Origin: the human T2T-CHM13v2.0 reference genome, Homo sapiens
Direction: 5' to 3' (one strand)
Assembly (NCBI RefSeq): GCF_009914755.1
Contig: NC_060928.1
Length of the DNA: 64,000 nt
In this document: piece by piece, positions 14,410 to 28,687 of the stretch
Layout of the letters: the number at the start of each line of letters is the position of its first letter
How positions within the stretch are numbered: the first letter of the stretch is position 1
Made by a program: the position numbers and the translations under genes
Notes under the pieces: generated by a model
What the model saw: only the letters and a program-made list of their open reading frames with translations
Database searches by the model: none
What the model was told of the DNA's origin: nothing

Positions 14410-17400
14410 ATTATTTTATGGCTGTTATGCTTTTGATGGAGGCAGATACAAAATTCATCAATGCAAAATAATGTTTTACATACTCATTAACATAGTGATT
14501 AATGTAAACTATATTTTGACAATGTAAAATACAGTGTGTTTGGCCTCAAAAAAGAAACTACAGAGTTAGCTGCAACTTAAGATAACTGGAAAGGCTCCTT
14601 ACATTGTTTTTTGCCCACCACCTTTATTATAATAGTTCTATATGATGTCTGGGGAGGGAATTAAAAAATAATACAAAGCTCTTTCAGCTGTGGTTCAGAG
14701 AACTCTAGTGAAGCTGTATGGCAATGACACTGTGAGTCCATGAAGTTTCCCCAGAAGTATTTCAATAAGAGGCAGTTAAGAAGCTTAATAGTTTCAAAGT
14801 CTGGAAAGCAGCAAATATATCTTAGAGAATTTAAGAACATTATAAATATAAAACCCACTTCTCTCTTACAGAGACATTTTAAAGCATGGACATAACTTTA
14901 AGGAGATTGAGAAAACATCAGTAGTTTTCATAAAGCTTCAATGAACACCCCAAGGCACAAGTGTTGAAAATGGCCTGTTCACTAAAATGTCACTTTTGGA
15001 GGTACAGGTATACTGTACTTACAGTGAGAGGATGACTTTATCCCTGGTTAAAAGCACCAGGTGTCAAGCTCCACTTCCATTACCCAGGATGCACCAATAA
15101 TCCCTATGATAGTGAATGGTTCAAGTACTATACTACATTTCCAACATGTCTTTTGCCTATTTGCTTAGTTGGTACTAGGGTTCTTTTGAACCCCACAGGT
15201 GTGTAGAATATTTTAAAAGGCTAGAACTACCTCAAAAATAGTCTTGAAATAATACCGAGCCCTTCTAAAAGAGCTCACTGGATATTTTAATAACATTTAC
15301 AGAAAGAAAGAAAGACAAAATTTGCAGTAGCTGAGTTTCTTTCAAGTGAAGAATAATAATGTAGAACATGTAGTCTAAAATGTTTGGTAATTAATGTCAA
15401 AAGTTCCAAGATTATTAATATATATTTTGGTAATCACTATTGGCCAGGTTAATTTTTTGTGCAAAATACACTGTATATTAATAGACTAGGAAAATCATTA
15501 TTTCAGACCAGTAACAGAAGAAAACCCACAGCTAGAGAAGCATCTATAGGGCAATTAAACGTTAGGGAAGTTTACTAGCTTTAGAATACATTAATACACT
15601 TCGATTACAGAAATATTTCATTTTTAAAACTTGAGTGTTTTAATGTACTTTTAGTAACGACCTGATCTAAGGAGCCTTGGAGGCTTGTGAAAAAGACATA
15701 CCCACAAAGATGCTGCATTTCTGGTGTGGGGGTGAATTAACACTTCTGTAAGAAGGAAGGAACTGAATCAGCTCAGCATCAATACACAACATTTTTCTTT
15801 TAAACAGTAACTTATAATCTGATGACTCACTTCACTTTACTAGTTCAAAATTAGGCAGGAGAAGAACTAAGCTAACTGGTCAGACCCAGAAACACAATGA
15901 TTTGGCAAGCCACAGTCACTCAGCTCATGATGTGTGATAATCAGCAGAAAGGCTGCTCAACTCTTGTCCACTCCTTCACATCTGTAGAGGAGTTTGATAT
16001 AACCACTTCTTTTTATCAACTTTAAGCTGCATACAGGCAAAGAGATCACAAACTGCAGGGAGGCCATAATGGTCTGGGGGGAAGTTATATTCCTCCTGTA
16101 GAGGTGAATTAAGTAATACTTCTAGGTCTTCTTTCGAAGCAGTCACTTGTCTTCTCCAGAGGATAGCTGGCTGAGGTTGCCCATCTTCTTTCCCAGCAGG
16201 AGCCAGTCAGCTGTGTTAAAGGAACACCAGGAAGTGCTCATGGGGCTTTTTAGCTTTTGTTTGCCAGCTTTGTCTTCAGTATTAGGCCCTTTCTTAGGAC
16301 TTCCTTCTTTGTATGGGGGCCTGATAAGCCACTCTGACAAGGTGCTGTTCTTTATGACTTGGAAGGAATCAGCAATTCTAGAAGGAACCAGCAATTCTAG
16401 AAGGAACCATTGACTTTGGTGCTTTAGTTCTATTACTTCTTTACTAGAAGGACAGAGCCACATATTCAGGGAATCTTTATGTTTCTCAGGCTCAGGTTTG
16501 GGTTCCATGGGCATCCCATTTTTATCCTTTCCTTCTTTGTTCAGAAGCCACTTATACAGAGCCTTCTCCTCACAATTCTCATCATACACGCACTCTGCAA
16601 AGCTTATGCAGGGCTCATTGGCTCTGCACACCTCCTCTACCTTACATGGGTCCTGATGGTTCTGGACAAGCCAATCCTCTGTAACCATGCTGGGGGTGTA
16701 CAATGGTTTCTTGGCCCCCAAGTGGTCATGCAGGCACTTAGATTGCCCACGTTTTCCAACTCCATACCTTTGGGCTGGTTTCCCTGACAGTTGGTACAGG
16801 AGTCAGTCTTGACAAGCCAATCATTCATATTATAGGACTGGAACAAGAGCTCAAACTTCTCACCGGTTTCATGACTGCCATTCTCGGGCTTCCCCAGCTT
16901 ATGGGATTCCTGGAGAGTCACTAGCCAATCTGATAGGTTCATCTCATCTCGATCAGGAAGCTCTAGATCTTCAACCTTTTCCATTTCAATGGAGAAAGAA
17001 CTAGTAGTGGAATGGCTGTTACACTTTTGATAACTTGGTTTTTCAGGAACTTCCTGTTGCTGACTCTTGAGGAGCAAGTTTTCTAAGCCCTTTAGGTTTC
17101 CCCAGACATTAGTAAAGAAATTGCAGGCTCTGGAAGAAGTCTGTCTATTCTCCAAGGTCTGCTTTTTGGTGAGCCAGTCCTGGGGGTTGGTGCTGGGTAT
17201 GTAAGGAGCCTAATGACCACTGGCAGGTTTGCTTCCAAGGAGCCATTTGCTGAGAGGGATAGCTGCAATACTGGATGCTGACTTCTGCTCTGGCATAGGG
17301 ATATAGCCTCTTCTCCAGGAAGGGCCCAATATTTGATGAACTAGCATAAGCCATCAAGTGCTCAGAAATTTGAATTGTTTTGAGAGACCTAAATATGGTG

Positions 17401-17950
17401 ATGGTCTGGCACAGAGCAGTTGTGTCAGCTTCAAAGAGTAGGACATTTGAATCTTCATACTTAAGGGTCAAACTGCCCAGTCTCTCTAGGCACACAGAGA
17501 CTTGATTGGCTAGATCTTTGTTTTGGGTACACTCCAGTTGATGAATAAGACAATTGAACTGGCCTGATAACCAGTAGAGCTGCTGAGCCTGCTGTTGAAT
17601 TGTCTCCTCTTTAAGCTGATAGATGAGGTCCACCTGTTCATTTAGTCACACCTCATGGCTTCTAAGACGTTCCAGATGACGGGTTATGCAACTGTGAATC
17701 TGAGCTTTGACCTCTCGCAAGTTATCTTTAATTTGCTGTTCAGCCTGGAGAACTCCACCAATAGCAAGCTCCAAGTCCCTCCGTGCATCACTACCCCTCA
17801 AAAGGGGTTCTCTATTACTGGAGCTGCCACTCTGGTCTTGGAAGGTATTCATTCTGCTCACAGCTCCAGGTCCCAGTGCCTCTCTGGGGCAGTCGGAGGG
17901 GACCTTGGGTGGACTGAGACACGGCCCCACACAAACCTAGGGCCCAAAGC
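14410..17950 (-). pseudogene. NCOA4P3: Full-length processed NCOA4 (ARA70) pseudogene, antisense in MMAA intron 1
   Basis: Intronless NCOA4 CDS from ATG 17852 (MNTFQDQSGSSSNREPLL) to TGA 15976 (...TPLQM*). W>stop at 17646 and 16143; frameshifts near 17308 and 16739. 5'UTR, ~1.55 kb 3'UTR and decayed poly(A) present. TSD TGATT(T/C)GATTATT at 14397-14409 and 17951-17963. The P3 number is from memory of the locus. Confidence 0.95.
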
Positions 17951-20071
17951 TGATTCGATTATTGATCTAGTTCTTTGATTTCTTCCCATGAGAAAGCAGG
18001 AAAAGATGCTGAGTTACATGAGCAGGTAGGAAATAATCCTTCTCTCTACTTACATAATTTTGCCATTTTAGTGGAATTAGTCTGTTCTGCCTGTGACAGT
18101 ATATAAAGGTAGAAAGCTGCTCATACAAGGCTGAGTTATATTGGCTCTTAAAAAATTTATGGGCTGCTTTAAAATCTGGTTAATTAGATAAATTCATGGG
18201 GTTAAATATGTTATGAACTTAGTTATCAGGAGTGAATTATTGTCCGTGGAGCAAAAAACATTTTAAAATGTGGTCTGTTCTGTCACCTAACACATCGAGA
18301 TCTACTGATAAAAACTTAGCACTCGAAATAGAAACTAATTTTTCATTTTGGCCTAAGCAAAAAATAAATAAATAAAAAGATAAATAGCCAGCCATAATCA
18401 GGCATATTCAGATATACAGGATTATTTTATTTTCTCTAGAGTTGACACCATATAAATCTGGATTTGTGAAATCCATAGTTTTTTCCAAGTTCTGCCACTA
18501 GTTCTGAGGCCTTGGTGAATCAGCCTTATGCCGCTGAGCCTCACCTTTAAAATAGGATGTCATCCACTGTAGGATTGTTGTGAGGATTAGCTGAAAAAAT
18601 GCATGCACGATGCCTCACACATGATAAACACTCAGTAGAAGGTAGCAGCTGCTGCTTGCCATTCAGATGCTCCAAAGAGTTGGGGGGAAGCAAGAAAATT
18701 AGTCCCCTGGGAAGAAGTTTGAGGATATCAAATCCAGAATTACATACATCTGGATAGCTTTTTGGTTTTGGCAAAAGAACTGGAGTAAGATGGTATCATC
18801 CTTTTTCTCGTTCTTTCTTTTCACTTAAAGTCCTTTTAAGATTTGTATTGGCATCAGAAGGCAGAGAACTGCAATCCCAATTGTGATAAAACCTGCAGTA
18901 TAAATCATAAGCTTATCAGACGGTGTGGATTTTCTGAGAAAGATTGCAATTAAATTGTTGTAAGAAACCACTATTTTAAATGTTAAAGCAATCTAGAATA
19001 TTTATTTAGAGAATATTTGCTTACATTATTATAAATGGACATAATTTCATGTAGTAAAGCTTTTGTTACTAAGTTTTGATTCCTTGCAAACTTATCTTAC
19101 CATTTTTCTGTTTGGAAGGTTGGTTGCATGTCAAAGGTGTCTTGATTCAAAACAGGAAACTTAGAAGGCAAAATGTTTTAGTAAATGTCCTTCAGTCACA
19201 CAGGTTAAGATTGTTACCCAAACTTTTCTTTATAGTTTAGTAGATTAACATAGAGTAGATGGAGTATATATTCATGAACCTAAAAAAAAAATTGGAAGGT
19301 TACTGTGTGCCAGGCACTGTGATAGTTTCTGAGGAAATATGCCCTTTTTCTGGGAGAATCAGTTGAGTTGAGCAATGAGAATTGGTAAGGAGCGGTCTAT
19401 AAGTAGATAAATTAGAAAACAAGAAGACAAATACTATTTTTGAGGTGGGAACAAAAGACTGTGGAGCATTGAATAGAACACTTAACTGCCTGGAGAAGGT
19501 GGGGGAAGATGTATCTCTGAGGAGGTGCTATTTGAACTGAGTAGGCATTTGTCAGCAAAAATGTGAACGATATGCACTACAGACACCTAATTTTTATTAT
19601 AGTATATATATAGTTTTAAAAAATCTACCATGCTCAAAAATGGTTACTATCTCATATATATCATGTTATTTCAGACTACTTTTGAACTTCAAATTTAACA
19701 TGATTCTGATAAAATATCTGTGCATGGAAGAAATGGTAAAATGTGATTATTGCTTATTTCACCTTGCACATAATTCTTTTTACTAAATTTTTTTAGTATA
19801 TATGCTGGCTTTATGTCTAATTTAGAAACTGACGTATAAATGCATTGAATGTAACACTGATAGTCACAATAACTGGTAAAATTAAGGATTCATCAAATTT
19901 GACTCTGATGTTAGGAAGAAATCTAAATGCAAAAGGAAGCAAGTTACAGGTTATGGCAAAGATAATAATTAAATCATGAGTAGTTATTAGGCATTTCTTA
20001 TTAAATTTTAAAAATTCTGAATTTTATCTTTTAAAAAAGATTTTTTTGGTTACTTTTTCTTACCATAGAAC

Positions 20072-20574
20072 TGTATTAGTTTCCTATAGCTCTGGTAACA
20101 GATTACCACAAACTTAGTGTCTTAACACAAATTTATTATCTTACAGTTCTATTGGTCAGAAGTCTGACACGGGTCTCACTAGGGTAAAATCAAGGTGTCA
20201 GTAGATCTTTGTTCCATCCTGGAGGATCTAGAAGAGAATCAGTTTCCTTGCCTTTACCATCTTCTATAGGTTGTCCTCATTCCTTGGTTCATGGCCCTTT
20301 TACTTCATCTTCAAAGACCTGAAGAGTGGATTGAATCCTCACATGATGTCACTCTGCTATTCATTTCTACCTCCCACTTTCATATTAAAGGACATTGGTG
20401 ATTACATTGGGTCCACCTGGATAATCTAAGATAATCTTTTTACCTTGTCAGCTGATTAGCAACTTTAGTTCCATCTGCAACTTTAATTCCCTATTTGCCA
20501 TATAACATAACATATTCATAGGATCCAGGGATTCGGACGTGGACATGTTTGGGGAGCCATTATTCTGCCTATCA
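20072..20574 (-). mobile_element. MLT1D-like solo LTR
   Basis: tgtattagtttcctat...gccattattctgcctatca, a reversed MLT1 LTR. Confidence 0.8.
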
Positions 20575-20935
20575 TAGTAACATATGCTGTTTTTAAAAAA
20601 GCAGAAATATGTGGTCAGCCAAAAAACAACATAAAAGCACCATAATACCACTCCTCTGTAGATGAAGTTATATACACATCAATATATATATAGTTATTCT
20701 ATGTGTGTGTGTGTATATGGGGAGGGTGTCAATGTGTGTTTAACATTTTTGAAAAAGGTGTCACACTTCCTCTTAATCTTGAATCCTTTTTTTAGTAATC
20801 TGGTCTCGTGGATTTAAATGACATATAAACATCGAAGGAATGTTGAATTTTATCAGATGCTTTTTCAGCATCAATTGAAATGCTCATATGGTTTTTGCCT
20901 TCCATTCCGTTGATATGATATATCACATTGATTGA

Positions 20936-21162
<227 letters not shown>

Positions 21163-21408
21163 GGGATTTGTATATGTTGAACCACCCTTGTACCCCAGGG
21201 ATAAATCCCACTTGGTCATGATTAATGATCTTTTTAATGTATTGTTGAATTCAGTTTGCTAGTATTTTATTGAGGACTTTTGCCTCAATAGTTATCAAAA
21301 TTCATTCTATAAGGCCAGTATTATTCTGATACCAAAACTAATGACATACCTAAAAAAAGAGTACTAGAGGTATTCTTTTTTATTTAGTATTCAAAAGAAT
21401 ACTAGCCT

Positions 21409-21773
21409 TGTATTAGTTCATTTTCATGTTGCTGACAAAGACATACCTGAGACTGAGCAATTTAAAAAAGAAAGGTTTAATTGGACTTACAGTTCCACAT
21501 GGCTGGGGAGGCTTCACAGTCATGGCGGAAGGCAAGAAGGAGCAAGTCCCATCTTACGTGGATGGCGGCAGGCAGAAAGAGAACTTGTGCAGGGAGACTC
21601 CTGTTTTTAAAACCATCAGATCTTGTGAGACTCATTCACTATCAGGAGAACGGCACAGGAAAGACCCACCCCCATAATTCAGTCATTTCCCACTGGGTGC
21701 CTCCCATAATATGTGGGAATTATGGGAGCTACAAGGTGAGATTTGGGTGGGGACACAGAGCCACACCATATCA
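21409..21773 (-). mobile_element. THE1 solo LTR
   Basis: TGTATTAGT...CCATATCA with perfect 5-bp TSD AGCCT (21404-21408 and 21774-21778). Confidence 0.93.
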
Positions 21774-22241
21774 AGCCTCTAGGTATTTTTTTTTGGAATG
21801 TCTTTGGTTTGGGTATCAGAGTAATACTGGCCTCATATAATGAATTTGGAAATACTCCCTTTTCCTCTGTTTTTCAGAATAATTTCAGTAAGATTGGTAT
21901 TAGTTCTTTAAATGTTTGATAGAATTCAGCAGTGAAGCCATCAGGTCCCAGGCTTTTCTCTATTAGACTTTTTATTACAGCTTCAATTTCATTACTTGTT
22001 ATTGGTATATTCAGGTTTTGGATTTCTTCATTGTTCAATGTTGGTAGGTTATATATGTCTAGGAATTTATCCATTTCTTCTAGATGTTTTCAATTTATTG
22101 ACATATACTTGCTCATAATAAGCACTAAGGAGACTTTGGATTTCTGCAGTGCCAGTTGTAATGTCTCCTTTTTCATCTCTGCATTTATTTATTTGGATCA
22201 TCTCTCTTTTTTCCTTAGTTTAGCTTGCTCTTGATTTTCTA

Positions 22242-22565
<324 letters not shown>

Positions 22566-24577
22566 TTATTTGAAGTTTTTCTTCTTTTTTAATGTAGGCA
22601 CGTATAGCTATAAACTTCCCTCTTAGTACTGCTTTTGCTGTATCCCATAGGTTTTGGTATGATGTGTTTCCATTATTATTTGTTTCAAGACATTTTTCAA
22701 TGTCCTTAATTTCTTCATTGACCCAGTGTTCATTCAGGAACATGTTGTTTAATTTCCATATATTTGTATAGTTACCACAATTCCTCTTGTTATTGATTTC
22801 TAGTTTTATTCCAATGTGGTTAGAGAAGATGTTTGATCTTATTTCAATTTTTTGAATGTTTCAGGACTTGTTTTGTGAGCTAACATGTAGTCTATTCTTG
22901 AGAATGATCCATGTACCAAAGAGAAGAATGTGTTTTCCACAGCCATTGGATGAAATGTTCTGTAAATACCTATTAGGTCCATTTGGTCTGTAGTGCAGAT
23001 TAAGTCCAATGTTTTGTTATTAATTTTTTGTCTGGAAGATATGTCCAATACTGAAAGTGGGGTGTTGAAGTCTCCAGCTATTATTGTATTGGGGTCTATC
23101 TCTCTATCTCCAATAATATTTGCTCTGTATATCTGGGTGCTCCAAGGTTGGGTGCATGTAGATTTAAAATTGTTATATCCTCTTGCTGAATTGACTGCTT
23201 TATCACTATCTAGTGACCTTCCTTGTCTCTTCTTACAGTTTTTGTCTTGAAATCTATTTGTCTGATACAATTTTAATTACTCCTGTTCTTTTTTGGTTTC
23301 CATTGGCATGGAATAACTTTTTCCATGCCTTTATTTTCAGTCTGTGTTTGTCTTTATAAGTGAAGTGGGCTTCCTATAGGCAACAGATCATTGGGTCTTT
23401 TATTTTTTTTATCCATTCCACCACTCTATGTTTTTTTACCAGAGAGTTTAGTCCATTTACATTGAATGTTATTATTAATAAGTAAACACTTATTCTTGCC
23501 ATTTTGTTATTTGTTTTCTGGTCTTCCCTTCTTTCTTTCCTGTCTTCATTTTAGTGAAGGTGATTTTCTGTGCTGATATGATTTAGTTTCTTGCTTTTTA
23601 TTTTTTGTGTATCTGTTGTATGTTTTTTGGTTTGAGATTACTGTAAGACTTGCTATCTTATCTTACTATCTTGTCACCCATTATTTTAAGCTGATAACAA
23701 CACTGTTTATATAAACAAATGAATAGAAAACTAATGAAGACTCTGCCTTACCGTGATCCCTGGCTTTTCAATTTTTTGTTGTTTCTGTTCATATATTACT
23801 GTCTTGAAAAGTTATTGTAGTTATTTTTGATTGGTTCATTGTTTAGTCTTTATACTTAACAGTAGTTTATACACCACAGGTACAATATTCTTTTGCTTAC
23901 TTTCTATTACCAGTGAGTTTGTACCTTCAGATGATTTCTTATTGCTCACTAATGTCCTTTTCTTTCTTGCTGAAGTGTCCTCTTTAGCATTTCTTGTAGG
24001 AAAGGTTTGGTGTTGAGAAATTTCTCTGCTTTTGTTTGTCTGAGAAAGTATTTCTCCTTCATGTTTGGATATTTTCACTGGATATACTATTCTAGTGTAC
24101 ATTTGTTTTTTTCCCTTCAGCACTTTAAGTAGGTTATGCCATTCTCTCCTAGCCTATAAAGTTTCCACTGAAAAGCCTGCTTCCAGTCATATTGGAGCTC
24201 CATTGTATGTTGTTTGTTTCTTTTTCTTGTGCTGCTTTTAGGATTCATTCTTTATCCTTGACCTTTGGGAGTTTGATTATTAAGTGCCTTGAGGTAGTCT
24301 TTGGATTAAATCTGCTTGGTGATCTGTAAACTTCTTGTACTTGACTATTGATATCTTTCCCTATGTTTGGGAAGTTCTCTGTTATCCCTTTGAATAAACA
24401 TTTTACCCATCTCTTTTTCTACTTCCTCTTTTCCTCTTTAAGGCCAATAGCTCTTAGATTTGCCCTTTTGAGGCTATTTTCTAAATCCTGGAGGCATGCT
24501 TCATTGTTTTTTATTCTTTTCTCTTTTGTCTTCCCTCACTGTGTATTTTCAAATAGCCTGTCTTCAGCTCACTAATT

Positions 24578-24863
24578 CTTTTTTTTTTTTTGAGACAGGG
24601 GTCTTGCTCTGTCACCCAGGCTGGAGTGTAGTGGTGTGATCAGGACTTGCTGCAGCCCCTACCTCCCAAGCTCAAGCAATCCTGTCACCTCGGCCTCCTG
24701 AGTAACTGGGACTACAGCCATCACACCCAGCTAATTTTTTTGTTTTTTGTAGAAATGGGGTTTTGCCATGTTGCCCAGCTGGTCTCGAACTGGGTTCAAG
24801 GGATCTGTATGCCTTGGCCTCCCAAAGTGCTGAGATTACAGGTATGGGCCATCATGCCTGGCC
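24578..24863 (-). mobile_element. AluJ
   Basis: Reverse Alu; TSD AGCTCACTAATTCT. Confidence 0.9.
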
Positions 24864-24980
24864 CAAGCTCACTAATTCTTTCTTCTGCTTGATCAATTCT
24901 GTCTTAGGAGACTCTGATGCATTCTTCAGTATGCCAGTTGCATTTAATCTCCTTGTTAAATTTATTTGATAGAATTCTGA

Positions 24981-25314
<334 letters not shown>

Positions 25315-28300
25315 GTGTCTTGAATTTCTTGAGTTTCCTCAAAACAGCTATTTTGAATTCTCTGTCTGAAAGATCACATATCTCTATTTCTCCAGGATTG
25401 GTGCCTGGTGCCTTATTTAGTTTATTTGGTGAGGTCATGTTTTCCTGGGTGGTCTTGATACTTACAGATGTTTGTCTGTATCTGGACATTAAGGACTTAG
25501 GTATTTATTGGAGTCTTTATAGTCTGGGCTTGTTTGTACCTGTCCTTCTTGGGAATGCTTTCCAAATATTTGAAAGGGCTTGGGTGTTCTGATCTAAGCC
25601 ATATCTGCATTTTGGGGCACCCCAAGCCCAGTAACACTGTGGTACTACCTTGGTGATCTTGGATAAGATCCTGAAGAATTCTCTGGATTATCAGGCAGAG
25701 ACTCTTGTTCTCTTCCCATACTTTCTCCCAAACAGAATCTCTGTCTGTTTTGAGCCACCTGGAGCTGGGGATAGGGTTATACAAGCAACCCTGTGGTCAC
25801 CACCACTGTAACTGTACTGGGTCAGACCTGAGTCCAACACAGCACTGGGTTTCACCAAAGGCCCACTGTAACTACCTGACTATCACTTATGTTCACTCAG
25901 ATTCCTAGGGCTATACAGTCAGCGAGTGGCAAAGCCAGACAGGCTTATGTCCTTCATTTGAGGGTGGTAAGTTCCCCCAGGCTCCAGGTAAGTCCAGAGA
26001 TGCCATCCAGGAGTAAAAGCCTGGAGTCAAAAACTCTGGAAATCTACGTGATGCTGTGTTCTACTGTGGCTAAGCTGGTGTTCAAACCACAAGGCAGCAT
26101 CCTTCCCATTCTTTCCTCCCTTTTCCAAAGGCAGAGGAGCCTCACCCCATGACTGCCACTGCCACAGGCCCATGAAGAGTGCTACCAGACTACTGCTGAT
26201 GCTCCCTTAAGATCCAGGGGCTCTTTGGTCAGTTTGTGGTGATGCTGGCTGATCAGGGACTTACCCTTCAGGGCAGTGGGCTCCCCTCTGGCCCAGGGCA
26301 GGTCCAGAAATGCCATCCAAGAGCCAAGGCCTGGAACTGGGGACCCGAAGAGCCCATTTGTTTCTCTACCCCACTGTGGCCAGGCTAGTACCTAACATGC
26401 CAGACAAATTCCTCTTTACTTTTCCCTTTGCTTTTCTCAAGCAGAAGGAGTCTCGCCCTGTATCTAGTGCAGCTGGGAATGCGCTGAGTCTTACCTGAAG
26501 CTAGCAAGTTTGAGAGTCTCACCCAAGGCCCTCTATGTAGTACCTTGGTATTGCTGCTGGGCCCAAGGGCTCTTCAGTCAGCAGGTGATGAATCCTGCCA
26601 GGACTGGCTCCTTTTCTTTAACGCAGCAAGTTCCCTTCTGGCCCAGGGTGTCTAGAAATGTCGTTCAGGAGCTAGGGCCTGGAAGGGGGACCTCATGACT
26701 CTAACTGGTGCCCCATCCTGCTGTGACTGAGGATATCCAAGATGCAAGATAAAGTCCTCCCCGCTCTTCCCTTTCCTTTCCTCAAGCAGAAAGAAGGTGT
26801 CTCTTTTGCAGCCATGAGCTATGCAGCCTGGGATTAGGGAAGGAGTGATGCCAACACTCCTTTTGCTGCTCCAGCTGGTGTCTCACTGGGTTGTGTTCCC
26901 CCTCCCTGAAACCCCCTAGTCCACTGGCTCTGGGCTCAGTTCAACACTAGGACTTGCCTAGGAGTTGCAGTCCTTGTGGCCTAGACTGCCATTAAAGTTT
27001 AATTGAGACACTAGAGCACTTTAACCCACAGTGGCTAGGCTTCTGTGAGCTCAGGAAACTCAAGTTTCAAGCTCTGGGAACAGCCAGGCCTCTCTGGCTG
27101 GTTTAGTGGTTAATAGTTCCTTCTGTGTGTGGTGCCAGCTGAGTTTTTCAGGTTTGCTTTCTGCTATAACAGGGCGGCACTGAGTTCAGTGCCTCAGAAT
27201 TGCTATCCCTCTCCCCATCTCACAGAAATGCTCTCTGCATCATGCCACTGCTGCCAGGGCATGGGAGAGGGGTGGTGTTGGGGATTCAAAACAGTTTTTC
27301 CTACCTCTTCTGTGCCTCTTTGAGTGATACAAAGTTAAAACCAGGTAGAAAATGATTGGTGAAGCCTTGTATTCTGCTATCGTGCTCTGACCCTGACCAC
27401 CTCTGTCACTCTTTGTTTGAACACAGCTTGTTTGGTAATAGGAGGTAGTCATGGTAAGGACTTGTTAATTAAGGAGCATATTTTAAATAGTTCTAATTTG
27501 CTCTTAGACTACATATGACAACATCTTCCCTATGGGACAATAGGACTAGATTTGGTAATAAGAATGTTTTCTATCCTGCAGATTTCCTCTCTCTGTTCTT
27601 TGGCTCCTCCTCATGCCACCAGCATCACTGCAACTGAAAAGACTTCTTACTCACTTCAGAAGTTGGGCAGAGTTACTAATATCTACTTCCCTTTTAGCCA
27701 AAGGACTTCTTTGTTATTTTAATATAATTTATTAAGTAATGCCTGCCATAGAGAGTCAAACAACCTGGGTTTGAATCTTGGCCCTGCCACTGGCTATGAC
27801 TGTGATCACTCAGCTCTCTCAGTGTTCTTTCCCCCTTCTGTTAAATGAAAATAATAACTGTTGTACTGTCCTCATGGAATTAACTGGAGAATAAAATGAA
27901 ATAAAATATCTGAAAGTGGCTGGTAGACTCTAATGTGCCAGGCATTTGGGGAATGAAATAAGTTCAGATCAGCAGCAGCTCTTTTTTTCTTTTTATTTAA
28001 GCAATTGCAGTGTGCCAGGCTCCATGTCAAACTCTGAGGATTCTAATAAAATAGGATAGGTCAAGAAGGTCTTAAATCAGGCTTTTCCTTTCCATTCCTT
28101 AATACCTTGCCTCAGTCTAGGTCCTCATCATCTCCTTTGGTTCCTTGCTAGGCTTCCTGAACTGGGCTCTGTTTAAAAGTCTCATCACTCTTGACTTCGT
28201 GTCACTGCTTCTAGAGTTATCTCTTCAAAAGCAAAGTTGATTATGTCACCTCCAAAAATGTCTCTGTCATTTGTCCACTGCCCACAAGACAAAATTTAAT

Positions 28301-28687
28301 TTCTTGACCTCAGTTTACCTCCGGTCCAGCCTCATCTCCTATCAGTAGTTCCATATACCCTAGGCTTCTGCCTTACTGAATTTCTTAATTTTCTCTGAGA
28401 TGACAGGGAAGAGACCAAGTCCCAACTCTGATTTTGCACATTTAAGTCCTCAGACTGGAAAGCCTGCCTCAACCTTCTTCAACATTTTTGTTATTTCAGA
28501 CTCGGTCTTGACTTCAACTCCTCTGTGACTTGAATTCCCCAAGGAGAGTGAGCTCCTGTAATCTTGTCTGTGCCCATGGCACTTTGTTCTTTCTTTGATG
28601 TCACGTATTTTATTCTGTGAGCTCTTGAAGTGCTAGGATTAGGTTATTTAAGATAAGATAATGAACGAGGCATTGTACCTAAGAAAG

